A stretch of DNA of 64,000 bases from Scenedesmus sp. PABB004 (GCA_014905635.1 JABVCE010000004.1:434001-498000), one strand, 5' to 3'. Counted from the first letter of the stretch, positions 11,410-35,557 are shown. A program made the numbers and translations. Notes: generated by a model not told the origin, from the sequence alone.

Positions 11410-13254
11410 TCAGCTGCGACGCGTCACCGCGTGCTCCGCCACTTCCGGCGCGGCCGCGCTGGCTGCGTCGGCCGCGCCGGCTGCGTCGGCCGCCGGCGCG
11501 GCCTCCGCCCACGCGGCGCGCGCGCGCTCCGCCACGTCCGCGAAGCCCTTGGCGCGGAGCAGCGCGAAGAGGCGCTCGTTGTGGGGCGCGTAAAAGGCGC
11601 GCATCGCGCGCGTGAGCGCGGGCGGCGCGGCCGCCTCGTACGCGCGCACGTGCACGGGCCGCAGCGCCGCGCCGCCGGGGAGGAGCTTGGGGCTGATCGC
11701 GGCGGGGTCGAGCCCCAGCCAGGCGACCAGGGCGCGCATGTGGGCGGCGGGGTCGGCGCGAAAGTCCTCGCTCACCCACACCATGACCTGGTCCGAGGGG
11801 AAGACTGACAGCCAGCGCTCCAGGCCGTCCGCATACACGCCCTGCCACACGACCGCGTCCGCCCACAGCGCGGCCTTGTAGCCCGGCGCGTAGGGCTGGC
11901 CCACGCCCATGCAGGCGCCCAGCTCCGGCTGCGCCAGCGCGCCGCCGCCGCCGGCGTCGCGTGCCCGCGCGTAGCAGCCGGCCAGGCGCGCCATCTGGCG
12001 CGTCGCGTTGGCCGTCAGCGCCTCGACCCACGCCGCCTCGCGCGCGGCGGGCGGCGCCGCAGCGAGCGCGTCGCCGCCGGGGCGCGCCGCCGCCGCCGCG
12101 CGCAGCTTCTGCCAGCGCATGTTGAAGTTGGACACCGCGCGGCTGACCGGCTCGCGCAGGATGACCAGCACGCGCGCCTCGGGCAGCAGCGCGCGCGCCC
12201 ACAGCGGCGCGAGCGGCTCAAACAGGTAGCTCGGCGTGATGTCCACGTGGAAGCGCGGCGACGCGAGCAGGCCCGCCGCGTCCGCGCCGGCGCCCGCGCT
12301 GCTGCTCGCGCCGCCGCTGTTGGCGGCGGGCGGCGCGGCGGACGCCGCCGCGGCCGCGGCGGACGCCGCCGCTGGCGACGGCGGCGCGGCCGCGCCGTCG
12401 CGCCCGAACGCGGCGGGGCTCGCGGCCGTGCAGGACTGCCAGCCGCCCCAGAACCACCACCACGGCCGCGGCGGCGCCGGCTGCGCGCAGTCGCGCGCGG
12501 GTGCCGCGCTGATGCTGCCACCGCCGCTGCTGCTGCCGCTGCCGCCGCCGCCGCTGCTGCTGCTGCTTCCGCCGCCGCTGCTGCTGCTGCTGCTTCCGCC
12601 GCCGCCGCTGCGGCCGCCGCCGCCACCGCCGCCGCTGCCGCCGCCGCCGCCGGTGGCCGCGCGGGCCGCGTCCAGCAGCTGCTGCCGGATGCTGCAGCTG
12701 CCCGACGGCCGCAGCCGCGCGGCGCTGTCCGCCCACGCCCGCCCGGACGCGCCGGGCGCGGGGCACAGCGGCGGCGCCGCCGCGGCGCCGGCCGCCGCGC
12801 CATCTCCGGCGCCGCGCAGCAGGGCAAAGTAGTCGGCGAGGCCGCAGCCCTTGTAATTGCCGGCCAGCTCGTCCCAGAATCCCACCTCCTTGTCCGCGCT
12901 CACCGCGAGGCCCGGGTGCGCGCCGTGCTTGATGTACGCGAACGCCGCGGTCGTGCCGCCCTTCTGCGTGCCGACGCCCAGCAGCACGCCCGTGCAGCTC
13001 GGCGCCGGCGCGGCCCCGGCACCGCCCTGTCCCGCTGCGCCGGCGGGCAGGTCCGGGACGCCGCTGTCGCTGCCGTCCCAGGCGCCGCGCGACGCGAGCC
13101 GCCGCCGCTGCTCGTGCTGCCCGCCGCCCCTGCCACCGCTGCCGCCGCTGCCGCCTGCATGCTCAGAGCTCGCGGCTGCTGTCAGGGTCAGCACCGCGAG
13201 CAGCCCCACCGCCAGTGCGGCCGCCCAGCGCGAGCCGGCCGGGGCGCGCGCCAT
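11410..13254 (-). CDS. Sulfotransferase, heparan-sulfate 3-O-sulfotransferase-like, with N-terminal signal/anchor, single exon
   Basis: 5'-PSB motif GVGTQKGGTT, KEVGFWD, DITPSYL, 3'-PB motif VILREPVSRAVS, GVYADGLERWLSVFP and FYAPHNERLFALL. Hydrophobic N-terminus AAALAVGLLAVLTLTAAA. Confidence 0.88.
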   Translation of the reverse strand: MARAPAGSRWAAALAVGLLAVLTLTAAASSEHAGGSGGSGGRGGGQHEQRRRLASRGAWDGSDSGVPDLPAGAAGQGGAGAAPAPSCTGVLLGVGTQKGGTTAAFAYIKHGAHPGLAVSADKEVGFWDELAGNYKGCGLADYFALLRGAGDGAAAGAAAAPPLCPAPGASGRAWADSAARLRPSGSCSIRQQLLDAARAATGGGGGSGGGGGGGRSGGGGSSSSSSGGGSSSSSGGGGSGSSSGGGSISAAPARDCAQPAPPRPWWWFWGGWQSCTAASPAAFGRDGAAAPPSPAAASAAAAAASAAPPAANSGGASSSAGAGADAAGLLASPRFHVDITPSYLFEPLAPLWARALLPEARVLVILREPVSRAVSNFNMRWQKLRAAAAARPGGDALAAAPPAAREAAWVEALTANATRQMARLAGCYARARDAGGGGALAQPELGACMGVGQPYAPGYKAALWADAVVWQGVYADGLERWLSVFPSDQVMVWVSEDFRADPAAHMRALVAWLGLDPAAISPKLLPGGAALRPVHVRAYEAAAPPALTRAMRAFYAPHNERLFALLRAKGFADVAERARAAWAEAAPAADAAGAADAASAAAPEVAEHAVTRRS

Positions 13255-13683
13255 GCAGCCCCGGCCTCGCGCGCTGGCGCTGCGTGAGGTCGCCACCGCC
13301 CGGCAGCGCGGCCGTACGACCAGCTCGAGTGAGACGGTGGCCACCGCGCACCGCCAGCTCTACGACGCGTAGAGCGAACGTTGGGGCTGCGCGGGACGCC
13401 CGCTCCCGGCGTCCCCTCGCGCCGCAGGCGGACCGGCGGTGCTGGAGCGTGCACAGCTGCTGCCCGGGAAGCGCCTGACGTCGCGGCAACAGCAGCCGCG
13501 GCGGCGGCGGCGCGGCGCAACAGCGCACGCGGCGGGTGCCGACACCGTGGTTCAGCCGACGCCTGCGTCCCCCTCCATTTGCGCCCTGCAGGTGGGTGGG
13601 GCAACGGAAGAGCTGCCTGGAGGCTGAGCCAACGGCTCGCGCCCGGCCGCCGCCACGGACGGCGGCGAAGCGCTCTCATCACC

Positions 13684-14944
13684 ATGCGCCCGCCCCAGCT
13701 GGCCACCGAGCGCTCGTTCGCGACAGGGACGGACGGAGAGGACGTGCTGCCGCCATCTCCTGGCACGCGCGCGCTGGCAACCGCGAGCTTCCTGCTGGTG
13801 CGCGCCGGCGCGGCGCGCGGCGCCGTTCGGCGCTGGCTCGGCTGCGCGCGCGGCCCACAGGCCCCCCGCTGCGCGCCGCCATCATGCAGGCTCAGGACGG
13901 CGCCCCCGCGCCGGCGCCGCCGGTGCACCGCTGGGACGCCGCGACCAAGCGCGTGGAGGAGGTGCCGCCGCTCACCGCGCGCCCGCGCTCGCGCGCCAGG
14001 CGCCTGCCGCAGCTGCGCGCCGCGAGCCGGCTCAGCAGCTGCAGCGGCGGCGGCGGCGGCGACGGCAGCGGCGGCAGCGGCGGCGGCGGCGGCGCCCCGC
14101 CGCGCCTGCGTCGCGGTCTCACGCTGAGCCGCTCGTGCGCCGAGCTCGCCGAGCGCGCGCTGCCGGACCTGCTGCCGCCGCGCACGCCGTCGGAGGGGCA
14201 GCTGCAGCAGGGCTCGGTCGACGGCGCACTGGAGCGGCTGCGGCAGCTGCAGTTGGGCAGCACCAGCGCCGGGCCGATCCCCAGCCTGCGCAGTGGCAGG
14301 GTGGCCAGCCGGCGGCTGGTCGCAGCAGTGGGGCAGCACGTGCACCTGAGCCGCGCGAGCTCGCTCGCGGGCGGCGCGGCGGGCCTGCGCCACGCCGCCA
14401 GCGCGCCCGACCTCCTGGGCGAGGCCATCAGCCAGGCAGGCGGCGAGCGCGGCACCGAGGAGCGCGACCACAGGCACGGCCTTGGGGCGCGCCGCGTCAG
14501 CTGGGCGAGCACCGGTGGCGGCGCCGCGCCGACCAGCGACGCCGGCGGCGGGCCGGGCCCGCCCGGGCCCGGCCCCCGCCGGCGGCGCCGGCGCACGTGC
14601 GCCTGCCGCCGCTGGCGCTCACGCCGGCGCCGCCGGAGCCGCCGACGACGGCCTGCCCGCCCCGGGCCGGCTGGGCCGCGGGGCTGGCGCGCCGCTTGAG
14701 CTCGCGCCGCGCGAGCCGCGCGGGCAGCGACGTGAGCGGCGACTTGAGCACGTGCACGCCGCGCAGCGGGCTGCTCTTCACCTCGCTCCTCGTCGCGCCG
14801 ATTGCGCGCCTGGAGGGCCGCGGCCTGTGCGGCGCGGGCGGCCGGGACCGGGGCCGCGGCGGCGCGACCGACTATGCCCGCGTGCTCGGGGGCCGTGGTC
14901 GCGGCGGCGCGGCGGCCCTGCAGCGCTCGCGGCGCAAGGGGTGA
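13684..14944 (+). CDS. Hypothetical low-complexity protein (2 exons; probable 1-nt frameshift near 14575)
   Basis: ATG 13684 and a GT-AG intron at about 13798-13889. Protein-like reading (VHRWDAATKRVEEVPPL, LRHAASAPDLL) switches frame at the C-run 14573-14577 into HVRLPPLAL...LLFTSLLVAPIARLEG. Confidence 0.45.
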
Positions 14945-15409
14945 GGGCGCGCACACCTCTTGTTACACCTGCGCGGCCGGCCGCGCGTGACCGCACCCCG
15001 GCCGCCAGGCAGCGCTCGCAGCTGCCCGCCGCGCGCCGTGGGGCCGTCTGCGCCCAGTCGCTGACGGCATCCCCGACCACCACTCAGGGGAAGCAAGATA
15101 CACACGATGCGAGCCTCGCTGCCCGCACAACACTCGCGGACCAGTCGCCCGCACAACGACACACTCGCGCCGCCGCCGCCGCCGCCGCCCGACGGCGGCC
15201 GCGGCGGGCCAGACACAGGCTCACACGCTGCCCGCTCCGCGGCGGCACCAAAACGGCGGTGTCCCGCCATCAAAGGACCGGGGCCCGCGCCGGGGCGCGC
15301 CGCCGCCGGCCCGCGCACGCGGCCGATGCAGGGCCCACGCGCGACTGCAAAAAGATGCCCTGCCGCGCCCCAAAGCGCCCCTGCGTTCGCCCCTCGCCGC
15401 CGGGCGCGC

Positions 15410-17249
15410 TCACTCGCGCTGCGTGGTGCCGCCCCTGCTGCCGCTGCCGCCGCTGCCGCCGCCGCCCGGGCGCTGCTGCTTGTGCGCCCCGCCGCGCCCG
15501 CCGCCGCCGCCGCCGCCGCCGCCCGAGCTGGCCGCGGCGCCGCGCCACATGCCATGGTAGTCCACCGCGGCAGCGGCCAGCGCCGCGACGCACGGGGCCG
15601 TCATGTCGCGCGTGAGGAACCAGAGCCCGCCGAGCCACAAAAAGTCCAGCACCTGCGGCCCAGGGGCGCGGGCGCTGCGGGTGTTGGCGCCGCTCTCGCT
15701 CGCACGGCAGCCGCGGCCGCTCCCGCGCCGCGCGTGCGCGCGCGCGCAGCGGCGCTGCAGCTCCCGCGCCGCGCGCGCGCCTGCAGAGTGACAAAGAGGC
15801 TCGTCATCTCCTGCTCCTGCTCGCGCCAGCTCACGGCGACGGCCTTGAACGCGCGCGACGCGCGCGCCGCGTCGGCCTCCGCGTTGCCGCCCGCGCCGCT
15901 CGCGGTCAGCCGGTAGAACCTGGCGGCGCGTGCGGCGCGGAGGGACAGCGGGCTCGGCGCGTGCGCCGCCCGGCGTGGCCGCGCCGGCCACCACTCGGCG
16001 CGTCGCCGCCGGCGCTGGCTGCGCGCCGCGGCGCGGCGCGGCGCGCCGTGCCGCGCGCGGCGCCGCGCCGCGCGCCGCGCCGCGCCGCGCGCCGCGCCGC
16101 ACCTGTCTGCGTTTGCGACGGCATCGCCCACCACGCTGACCTGCTCCGGGTCGGCCATGAGCTCGGTCGAGCGCACCGCGCCCGACAAAAAGCCGGTGAA
16201 GAGCAGCGCGAGCGCAAAGCCGACGCCCTCAGGCATGGACACGCCGGTGGACCGCCCGATCGCGGCCGCGCTCCAGCCGAGCGAGGCGGTGAGCCCCGCC
16301 TGAGCGGCGGGGAGCATGAGGAACAGCGGCGGCAGCGTGTCGAGCACGACGTGCGCCGCGAGCTGGCCGGGGGCCATGCCCACGAGCCACGGCCGCGAGC
16401 TGTCCACGAGCGCGCGGTGCAGCGCGCCGACGGTCGGATTGGCCTCGTGCGTCGACGGCCGCCACGCGGCCCACTTGTACGCGACGAGCGGCAGCGCCGC
16501 GGCTGCGCCGGCCGCGGCCGCGCCGGCGCTGTGCAGCGAGAGCGACGCGCCGCCTGCGGGGCGGCCGGGCAGCAGCCGGTCAGGGAGAGGGGGGGGGGCA
16601 GGGTCGCCGGCGCGCGGCGCGCAGCTTCCTCCCGCCGCCGGCGCGCGGCGCTGCAGCGCCGCTCGCGAGCGCTGCTCGCGCGCAGCTGTCCTCTGGCGCG
16701 GCGCGCTGCGGGTCCTCCCGCCGCCGCTTGCTGCGCGGCGCGCACCCGCGGGGTCCTTGCCGCAGAGCCAGCAGATTGCTGTTGACGCGGTCATGAGCAC
16801 CGCGCCGAGCACGAGGTTGACCTGCAGCTTGTGCGCCGGCTCCTCCTCGAGCAGCATGTTATAATAGAGCTCCTCCTCGCCGTCGCTGCGCGGCGGGGCG
16901 GCGGCGCATGGGCGGGCGCGCGGGCGCCGCTGCCGCCGCCGCTGCTGCTCCGGCGGCCGCGCGGGCCCCCATTGCGTGCATGCGCCCCCCGCACGCACCC
17001 CACGCCGTTGATGAGCGACTGCAGGCGGTGTGCAGCGAGGAGATAGACGTCCGGCTGCTCTCTGCTCACGCTCGCGGCCCCATCCTGCTGCTGCTGCTCT
17101 CTGCTGCTGCCCTCGCCGGCGCTCGCCCGCATGCGCGTCGTCCGCGGCGCTCGCCGCAGGCACGGCGCTCCTGGCGGCGCGCCGCGGCCCCACGGGGCCT
17201 GGGGCGCGCGCGGCAGCTGCGAGCGCGGTAGTAGCGCGCTCGCACACAT
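15410..17249 (-). CDS. Putative plastid-targeted multi-pass membrane protein, degenerate CPBP/Abi (CAAX-protease)-like, 5 exons
   Basis: Transit-peptide-like N-terminus MCASALLPRSQLPRAP and several TM segments. FLWLGGLWFLTRDMTAPCVAALAAAAVDY resembles the CPBP C-terminal motif, but the catalytic EExxxR and His residues are absent. Confidence 0.6.
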
Positions 17250-17742
17250 CTCGCGCGGGCTGCAGCGAGGGAGGCCTGGCCGCGTCGGGCGGAGAGTGCC
17301 CGGCGCTGGGTGGGACGCGCAGCGCCGACGCCGAGCAGCGCCGATGCCGAGAACCTCGGCGGCGCAGCGCCGCTGCCGCGCGCTCCGTGCGGCGCACGGC
17401 GCACGGCGCCACCGACGCTCGCGCCAGCAGCAGCCGCCTGCCTGGAACCCCGTCCACACCGCCGGCGCGCAGGCACCACCGCGGCCACCGCCGTCGCAGC
17501 GCGCTCGTGCCGCCGGGCCGCGCGCCGCCGCCGCCGCCCGCGGTCGGCCTGCCGATCGTCGCGCAGCAGCGGGCCCGTCCGTGCCGCCCGGGACGCCGCC
17601 CGCGGCGGCGGATCTGCGGCCTCTGCGGCGGGCGACAGCAGCGGTTGGCGCCGCCATCACGCGGCCGATGCCGGCTGCCCCGCTCGCCCCGGCGGCCTGA
17701 GGCACGCCCACGTCGACGCTCCAGCCACCGCTCCGTCCACCG

Positions 17743-30813
<13,071 letters not shown>

Positions 30814-30984
30814 GCTCGAGGCGGCGCGCGGCGAGTCGGGCGGCCGCGGTCGGTCGAGAGTTGGGCGGCGGCGCCGAGTTGACGCGCGGCACGCGTGTGA
30901 CGGGGTCCACGTGGCACGGTGCACCGTGCCGCCGCGCGCCGCGGACCAGGCCGCGCTGCGCGCAGCACTGCGGCGCCCTGGGCT

Positions 30985-31092
30985 CCCTCACGCGTGCGTG
31001 CACGTGGCGCCAGATCAAATGTGCCAGAACGCCGGCTGGGTGCCGGGGTTCCGGAGCATTTGATCTGGCGCCACTGCACGTGCGCGCGAGGG
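30985..31092. other. Intergenic fold-back / inverted repeat (candidate pre-miRNA or MITE core)
   Basis: Perfect 18-bp arms GTGGCGCCAGATCAAATG (31004-31021) and CATTTGATCTGGCGCCAC (31057-31074), with pairing extending both inward and outward. Confidence 0.7.
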
Positions 31093-31675
31093 CGAAGCGC
31101 GCCGCAGAGCCCGCCCTGCGCCGCAGCCGGCAGTCGCGCGCGTCCGCGGCGGCGCACCGCGCGGGCGTGGCGGCAGGGCCCGGGGTGCACCTGCGTCGGC
31201 ACTGGCTGCCGCCCAACCGCCTTTGCTGCCACAGACGGTGCCGTTCATGACTGCCTTTCTTTGGTAGCAGAGGCGGCCGGGGCGGCGGGGGCAGTGCGAC
31301 CATGCCCAGTCTGTGCGCGCGTGCGTCAGCGGCCGAGCGAGCCGGTTGCCATGACCGGCCCTGCGGGACACACACACACACGCACGCACCCTGCTGCAAG
31401 TCCTCCTGTACCCAAGCGCCCCCCCCCCCCCCAAAAACGCCCGCCTGCGGCCAGAGCGCACACACAGCAATCGCTGCGACAGTCAACGCCCGTTCACAAC
31501 GCCCGCCCGCCACACACTCCCCGCACGCTGCACAGATATATCCCCGCAGCTCCGGAGCTGCGCGCCCACCACCACGCTCCGGTCAACGCCGCCCCCGCAC
31601 GGCCCACCCACACGGGCGCCGCGCGCCGCGGACGCCCCGCGCGCCGCCGCCGCCCCGCGCGCCCCCGCCGCCGTC

Positions 31676-31804
31676 ACACGTACATGCGCGGGCGGGGCGC
31701 GTCGTGGGACGCGAGGAAGGCGTCACAGGCGGGGGCGCGGCGCGTCGTGTGACGCGAGGAAGGCGTCACAGGCGGGGGCGCGGCGCGTCGTGTGAGGCGA
31801 GGAA
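31676..31804. repeat. 43-bp tandem repeat (2 near-identical copies plus 1 degenerate) spanning the hydrolase stop codon
   Basis: ggcgtcacaggcgggggcgcggcgcgtcgtgtga(c/g)gcgaggaa at 31719-31761 and 31762-31804, with a degenerate copy at 31676-31718. Confidence 0.9.
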
Positions 31805-34800
31805 AGAGTGTATGAGGGGGAAGGCCTCGCGCTCGACGCGCTTGCCCATGAGGATGTCAAAGTGGCCTGCCGGGACGTGAGGGTGTAGGGTTAGGGTTCA
31901 GGGGGCGGTGCGGCGGGGCGGGGCGAGGAAGGCGGCGCCGCGCCGGCCGCGGGCGCGGGCGCGGAGCGGCTCGGCGGCGGCGCGGCAGCGGGCGGGGCGG
32001 CGGGGCGGCGCGCACCGTAGTGGTCGGCCGTGCCGGCGGAGGGCCCCAGGCACACGAAGCGCTTGTCGGGCGAGCCAAACATCTGCGCACGGACCGCGGC
32101 GCACGCACCGCGGCGGGGCGGCGGGGCGCGACGCCGGCTGGGCGCAGGCCGGCGGCGGGCGCGCAGGCCCGCGCGAGCTCCCCGCGGCCCCGGCGCGGCG
32201 CGCCTGCCAGGTGCGGCGGCAGCCCTCGGCGGGGCACATGCGGTCGCGGTCGCCGACGAGGAAGAGGGCGGGCGCGGAGACCTTGGCCAGGCGCGCGGGG
32301 TCTGGCGCGCGCGCGCGGGCGCGCGGGCGCGGCGGTGTGGGCGCGAGCGCGAGCGCGCGTGCGCGCCGCGTGGGCCGCCGCTGAGCGAGCGCCGGGGCGG
32401 CGTGGGCTGGCTGGCACACGCAGCGCCGCACCAGCGTACACCATGCGCTTGTCGGCCGAGAGCAGGCCCTGCGGGCCAAACGCGGTCGCGATCTGCGGCG
32501 GCGGTGGCAGCAGGGGCGGTGGTGCGGCGCGGCTCGCGCGCAGCACGCAGCGCACCGGCTAGCGCCCGCCCGCCCGCGCTGCTGCCCGCCCCGCCCGCGT
32601 CCGGCGCCCCGCGCCCGCGCGCCTGCAGGATGACGCCGACGCTGATGTTTGAAAAGTTGCGCGCCATCATGGCCCGCCCAACCTGTGGGCGCGCGGCGGC
32701 GCGGCGGCGCGGCGGCGCGCACGTCGACACGCGAGCAGATCCAGCACGCGCCGCGCCGCGCCGCGCGCCTGCTGTGCGCCCTGTGCGTGCTGTGCGCGCC
32801 GTGCGCGCCCTGCGCGCCGCGCCTGGTGGTCCACGTTGCTGGGCCAGAAGTAGAGCATGTCCAGGAAGGGCAGGGCCCAGGGGCCAAACATGAGCCGGCT
32901 GTAGCCCCGCAGCAGCACGCCCGACGGCACAATCCACAGCGCGCGCGAGAGGAAGCGTGCGCGATCAAACAGACGCCACCACGAGTCTGCGGCGGGGGGC
33001 GGGCGCACGGGGGTGGGCTCGGCGGCCGCCGGCGCGCGGCGCGCGGGGCTCGGGGGTCGGGGCTCGGGGGTCGCCCGCTCGCCGCGCTGGCGCCGCCCGC
33101 CGCGCCCGCGCCCGCGCCCGCGCCCCACGCCGCGCCCGCGCCCCCCGCCGCGCCGCCGCGGCCGCGCCGCCGCGCCACAGCGCCGCCCCGCCGCGCCGCC
33201 GCGCCGCCGCGCCGCGCGCCGCGCCGCCGCACCCTCGAGGAAGAGCCCGCTGCCGACCGCGACGCACGAGCGTATCTTGGCCGTGGTCGTGTCGACGCGC
33301 GCCATGACGCCGCAGAGGATCATCCCGCCCATGCTGTGCCCCAGGAAGTGCACCTGGGGCGCGTGCGTCTCGCGCAGCACGAAGCGGATGACCGCGGGGA
33401 CGTCCTTTTCAACGTAGTCGTCGATGCTCCACCAGCGGCTGCGCGAGAAGAGCTTGGGCTTGTCGCTCGCGCCGTTGCCTGGCGGCGGCGCCGCGAGCGA
33501 GCGCGCGGGCGGGCGGGCGCGGCGGCACGCGGTGGCGTCGGCGCCGGCGCGGCGCGGCGGGCAGAGGGACCGCGGGCAGGGGCTGCGGGCGGGGCCGCGG
33601 CGGGCAGGGCCGCGGCGGGGGAGCGCACCGCGCAGCTCGCACGTCCACACGTCCCAACCCTGCCCGGCGAGGTAGTCTGCGAGGGAGACGTTGGGTGAGA
33701 GGTCGAAGCTGTACGCGCCGCTGCTGCCCAGGCCGGGGCAGAGGATGACCGGGTGGGTGTGCACCGGCGGCGTGTTGGCGACCTGCGTCCTGCGGGGCGA
33801 TGGACGCCAGCGGCGCCAGCCCGGCGGCGGCGGCGGGTCGGCAGCAAGTCGGGGCGGCAAGCGGGGTCGCCGAAGGGTCCGGCCGCCCGGCGCGGTGCGT
33901 GTGAGGCGGGGCGCGTCCGAGGCGGCGCGCGGCGCGGGCGCACCGGATGAGGTGCAGCTTCCAGCCGTCCACGGTGGTGGTCTTGAAGTGCGTCTTGACG
34001 TGGCGCGGCTTGAGGTACAGCGGGTGCGGCCGCGGCGCCGAGTAGCGCAGCCGCGGCGGCGGCCGCGGCTGCTGCTGCGCCTCGCCCCCCTTGCCGCGCC
34101 GGCCGCCCGCGGGCCGGGCGCCGGGCGCCTGGCCGGCCGGCCCCGGCGCCGGCTGCGGCTGCTGGCCGCGCCCGGCCGTGCGCGGCTGCTGCCGCGCCTC
34201 GCCCTGCTGCTGCTCCTGCTGCTGCTCCTGCTGCTGCTCCGCATCCTGCTGCTCCCCGCCCGGCTCCTCGCCGATCGGCTGGCCCACGTCGTGGCTCACG
34301 CTTTTCTGCGAGGCGGCGGCGGCGGCGACGCGCGGGTCGCGCGTCGCTCGCGGCGCCGGTCGGCCCCGCCCCGCCCCGCCCCGCCCCGCCCCGCCGTGGC
34401 CGCACGCCGGCGCGCGCCGGCGGCGCAGGCGCCGGCCGCCGCTGCTGCTCACCCGGTGCTCCATGAAGATGCCGTCGAGGTTGAGGTGCCGCACAAGCTC
34501 CAGGCCCCCGCTCGGAAAGTCAGGCATGCCGCCGCCCACCGGGCGGCCCAGCAACAGCGGCGAGCGCGCGCCTGGCGCCGGCGGCGCCGGCGGCGCCGGC
34601 GGCTGCTGCCCCTGCGGTGCCTGCTGCTGCCCCGACGGCACCGGCGAGTCGCCGACGCGGACGCCGTCGATGTCCAGCTCGTTGCTGGCCTGCTGCGCGC
34701 GGCCCCGCTGCTGCGGGTGCTTCGCCGACGCCGCCGCGCCGCGCTGCTCGCTGCGCGCGAGCTGCTCGTACGTCACCGGCGCGTCGCGGCGAGGCGCTCC

Positions 34801-34965
34801 CAGCACTGCGTCGATGTCCAGCGCGTTGCTGCCGCCCTGCGGCCCCCCCTCCGGCGCGGCGCCGATGCCAGCATCGCTGCCGCGTCCGCTGCCGCCACCG
34901 CCGCCGCCGCCGCCGCAGCTGCCGCCATCGCCGCTGCCAGCGGCGCCTCCGCTGCCTTGCGCCAT
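31766..34965 (-). CDS. Alpha/beta-hydrolase (lipase/PhaC-like fold, resembles the plant At1g15060 type), 10 exons, C-terminal PRL
   Basis: HPVILCPGLGSSGAYSFDLSPNVSLADYLAGQGWDVWTCELRG. Nucleophile elbow GHSMGG, acid GDRDRMCP and His HYGHFDILMG complete a Ser-Asp-His triad. Confidence 0.88.
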
Positions 34966-35496
34966 GCTCAGCTCGCTGCTGGGCGGGCGGCGCCTGGGGC
35001 GCGATCAGCGCGCCGCGGCGGCGCCCGCTGCCCGCCGCTGCCCCCGCGCCGCCACGGCGCCCTGCGCGGCCGCCGCTCCGCCTGGCGGACGCTCCGGGAC
35101 GCTACGGGTGCCGGTCCCGGCTCCGGGGCCGGCGATCGGGGCCGGTGGAGCTGCCGGCGGGGCGCCGCGGCGGCGGGCCTGCTGCTGCTGATGCTGTGGG
35201 GCGCGCGGCCGGCCAGAAGTGGTCGCGGTGGGCTTGCGGGATCGATCCACGGCACGCGAGCGGCGGCGAGAGCGTGCGGCACCGGCGCCACAGCTGCAGT
35301 TGTCGGAGCGGGCGGCCGACGTGGCGCGGTTCAGCGCGTTCGCCCTCCTGGCCCCCAGCTCGGCCAGGGACCCAGGAGGGCGGACCCGGGAAGCTCACCG
35401 CGGCCCAGCCCCGGCGCACAAGCCCCAGCGCCCCGCCCCCACGCGCGCGCGCGCCGCAGCACGCCGCGGCGCGTCCGGCCCCCCTCGCTCGCCCGA

Positions 35497-35557
35497 TCAG
35501 ATGGCCCCGGCCGCGGCGCTCAGATGGCCTTGGCCTTCTCAGATGGCCTTGGCCTTC
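35497..35557. repeat. 19-bp tandem duplication (plus a degenerate third copy) spanning the stop codon
   Basis: tcagatggccttggccttc at 35520-35538 and 35539-35557; tcagatggccccggcc at 35497. Confidence 0.9.
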
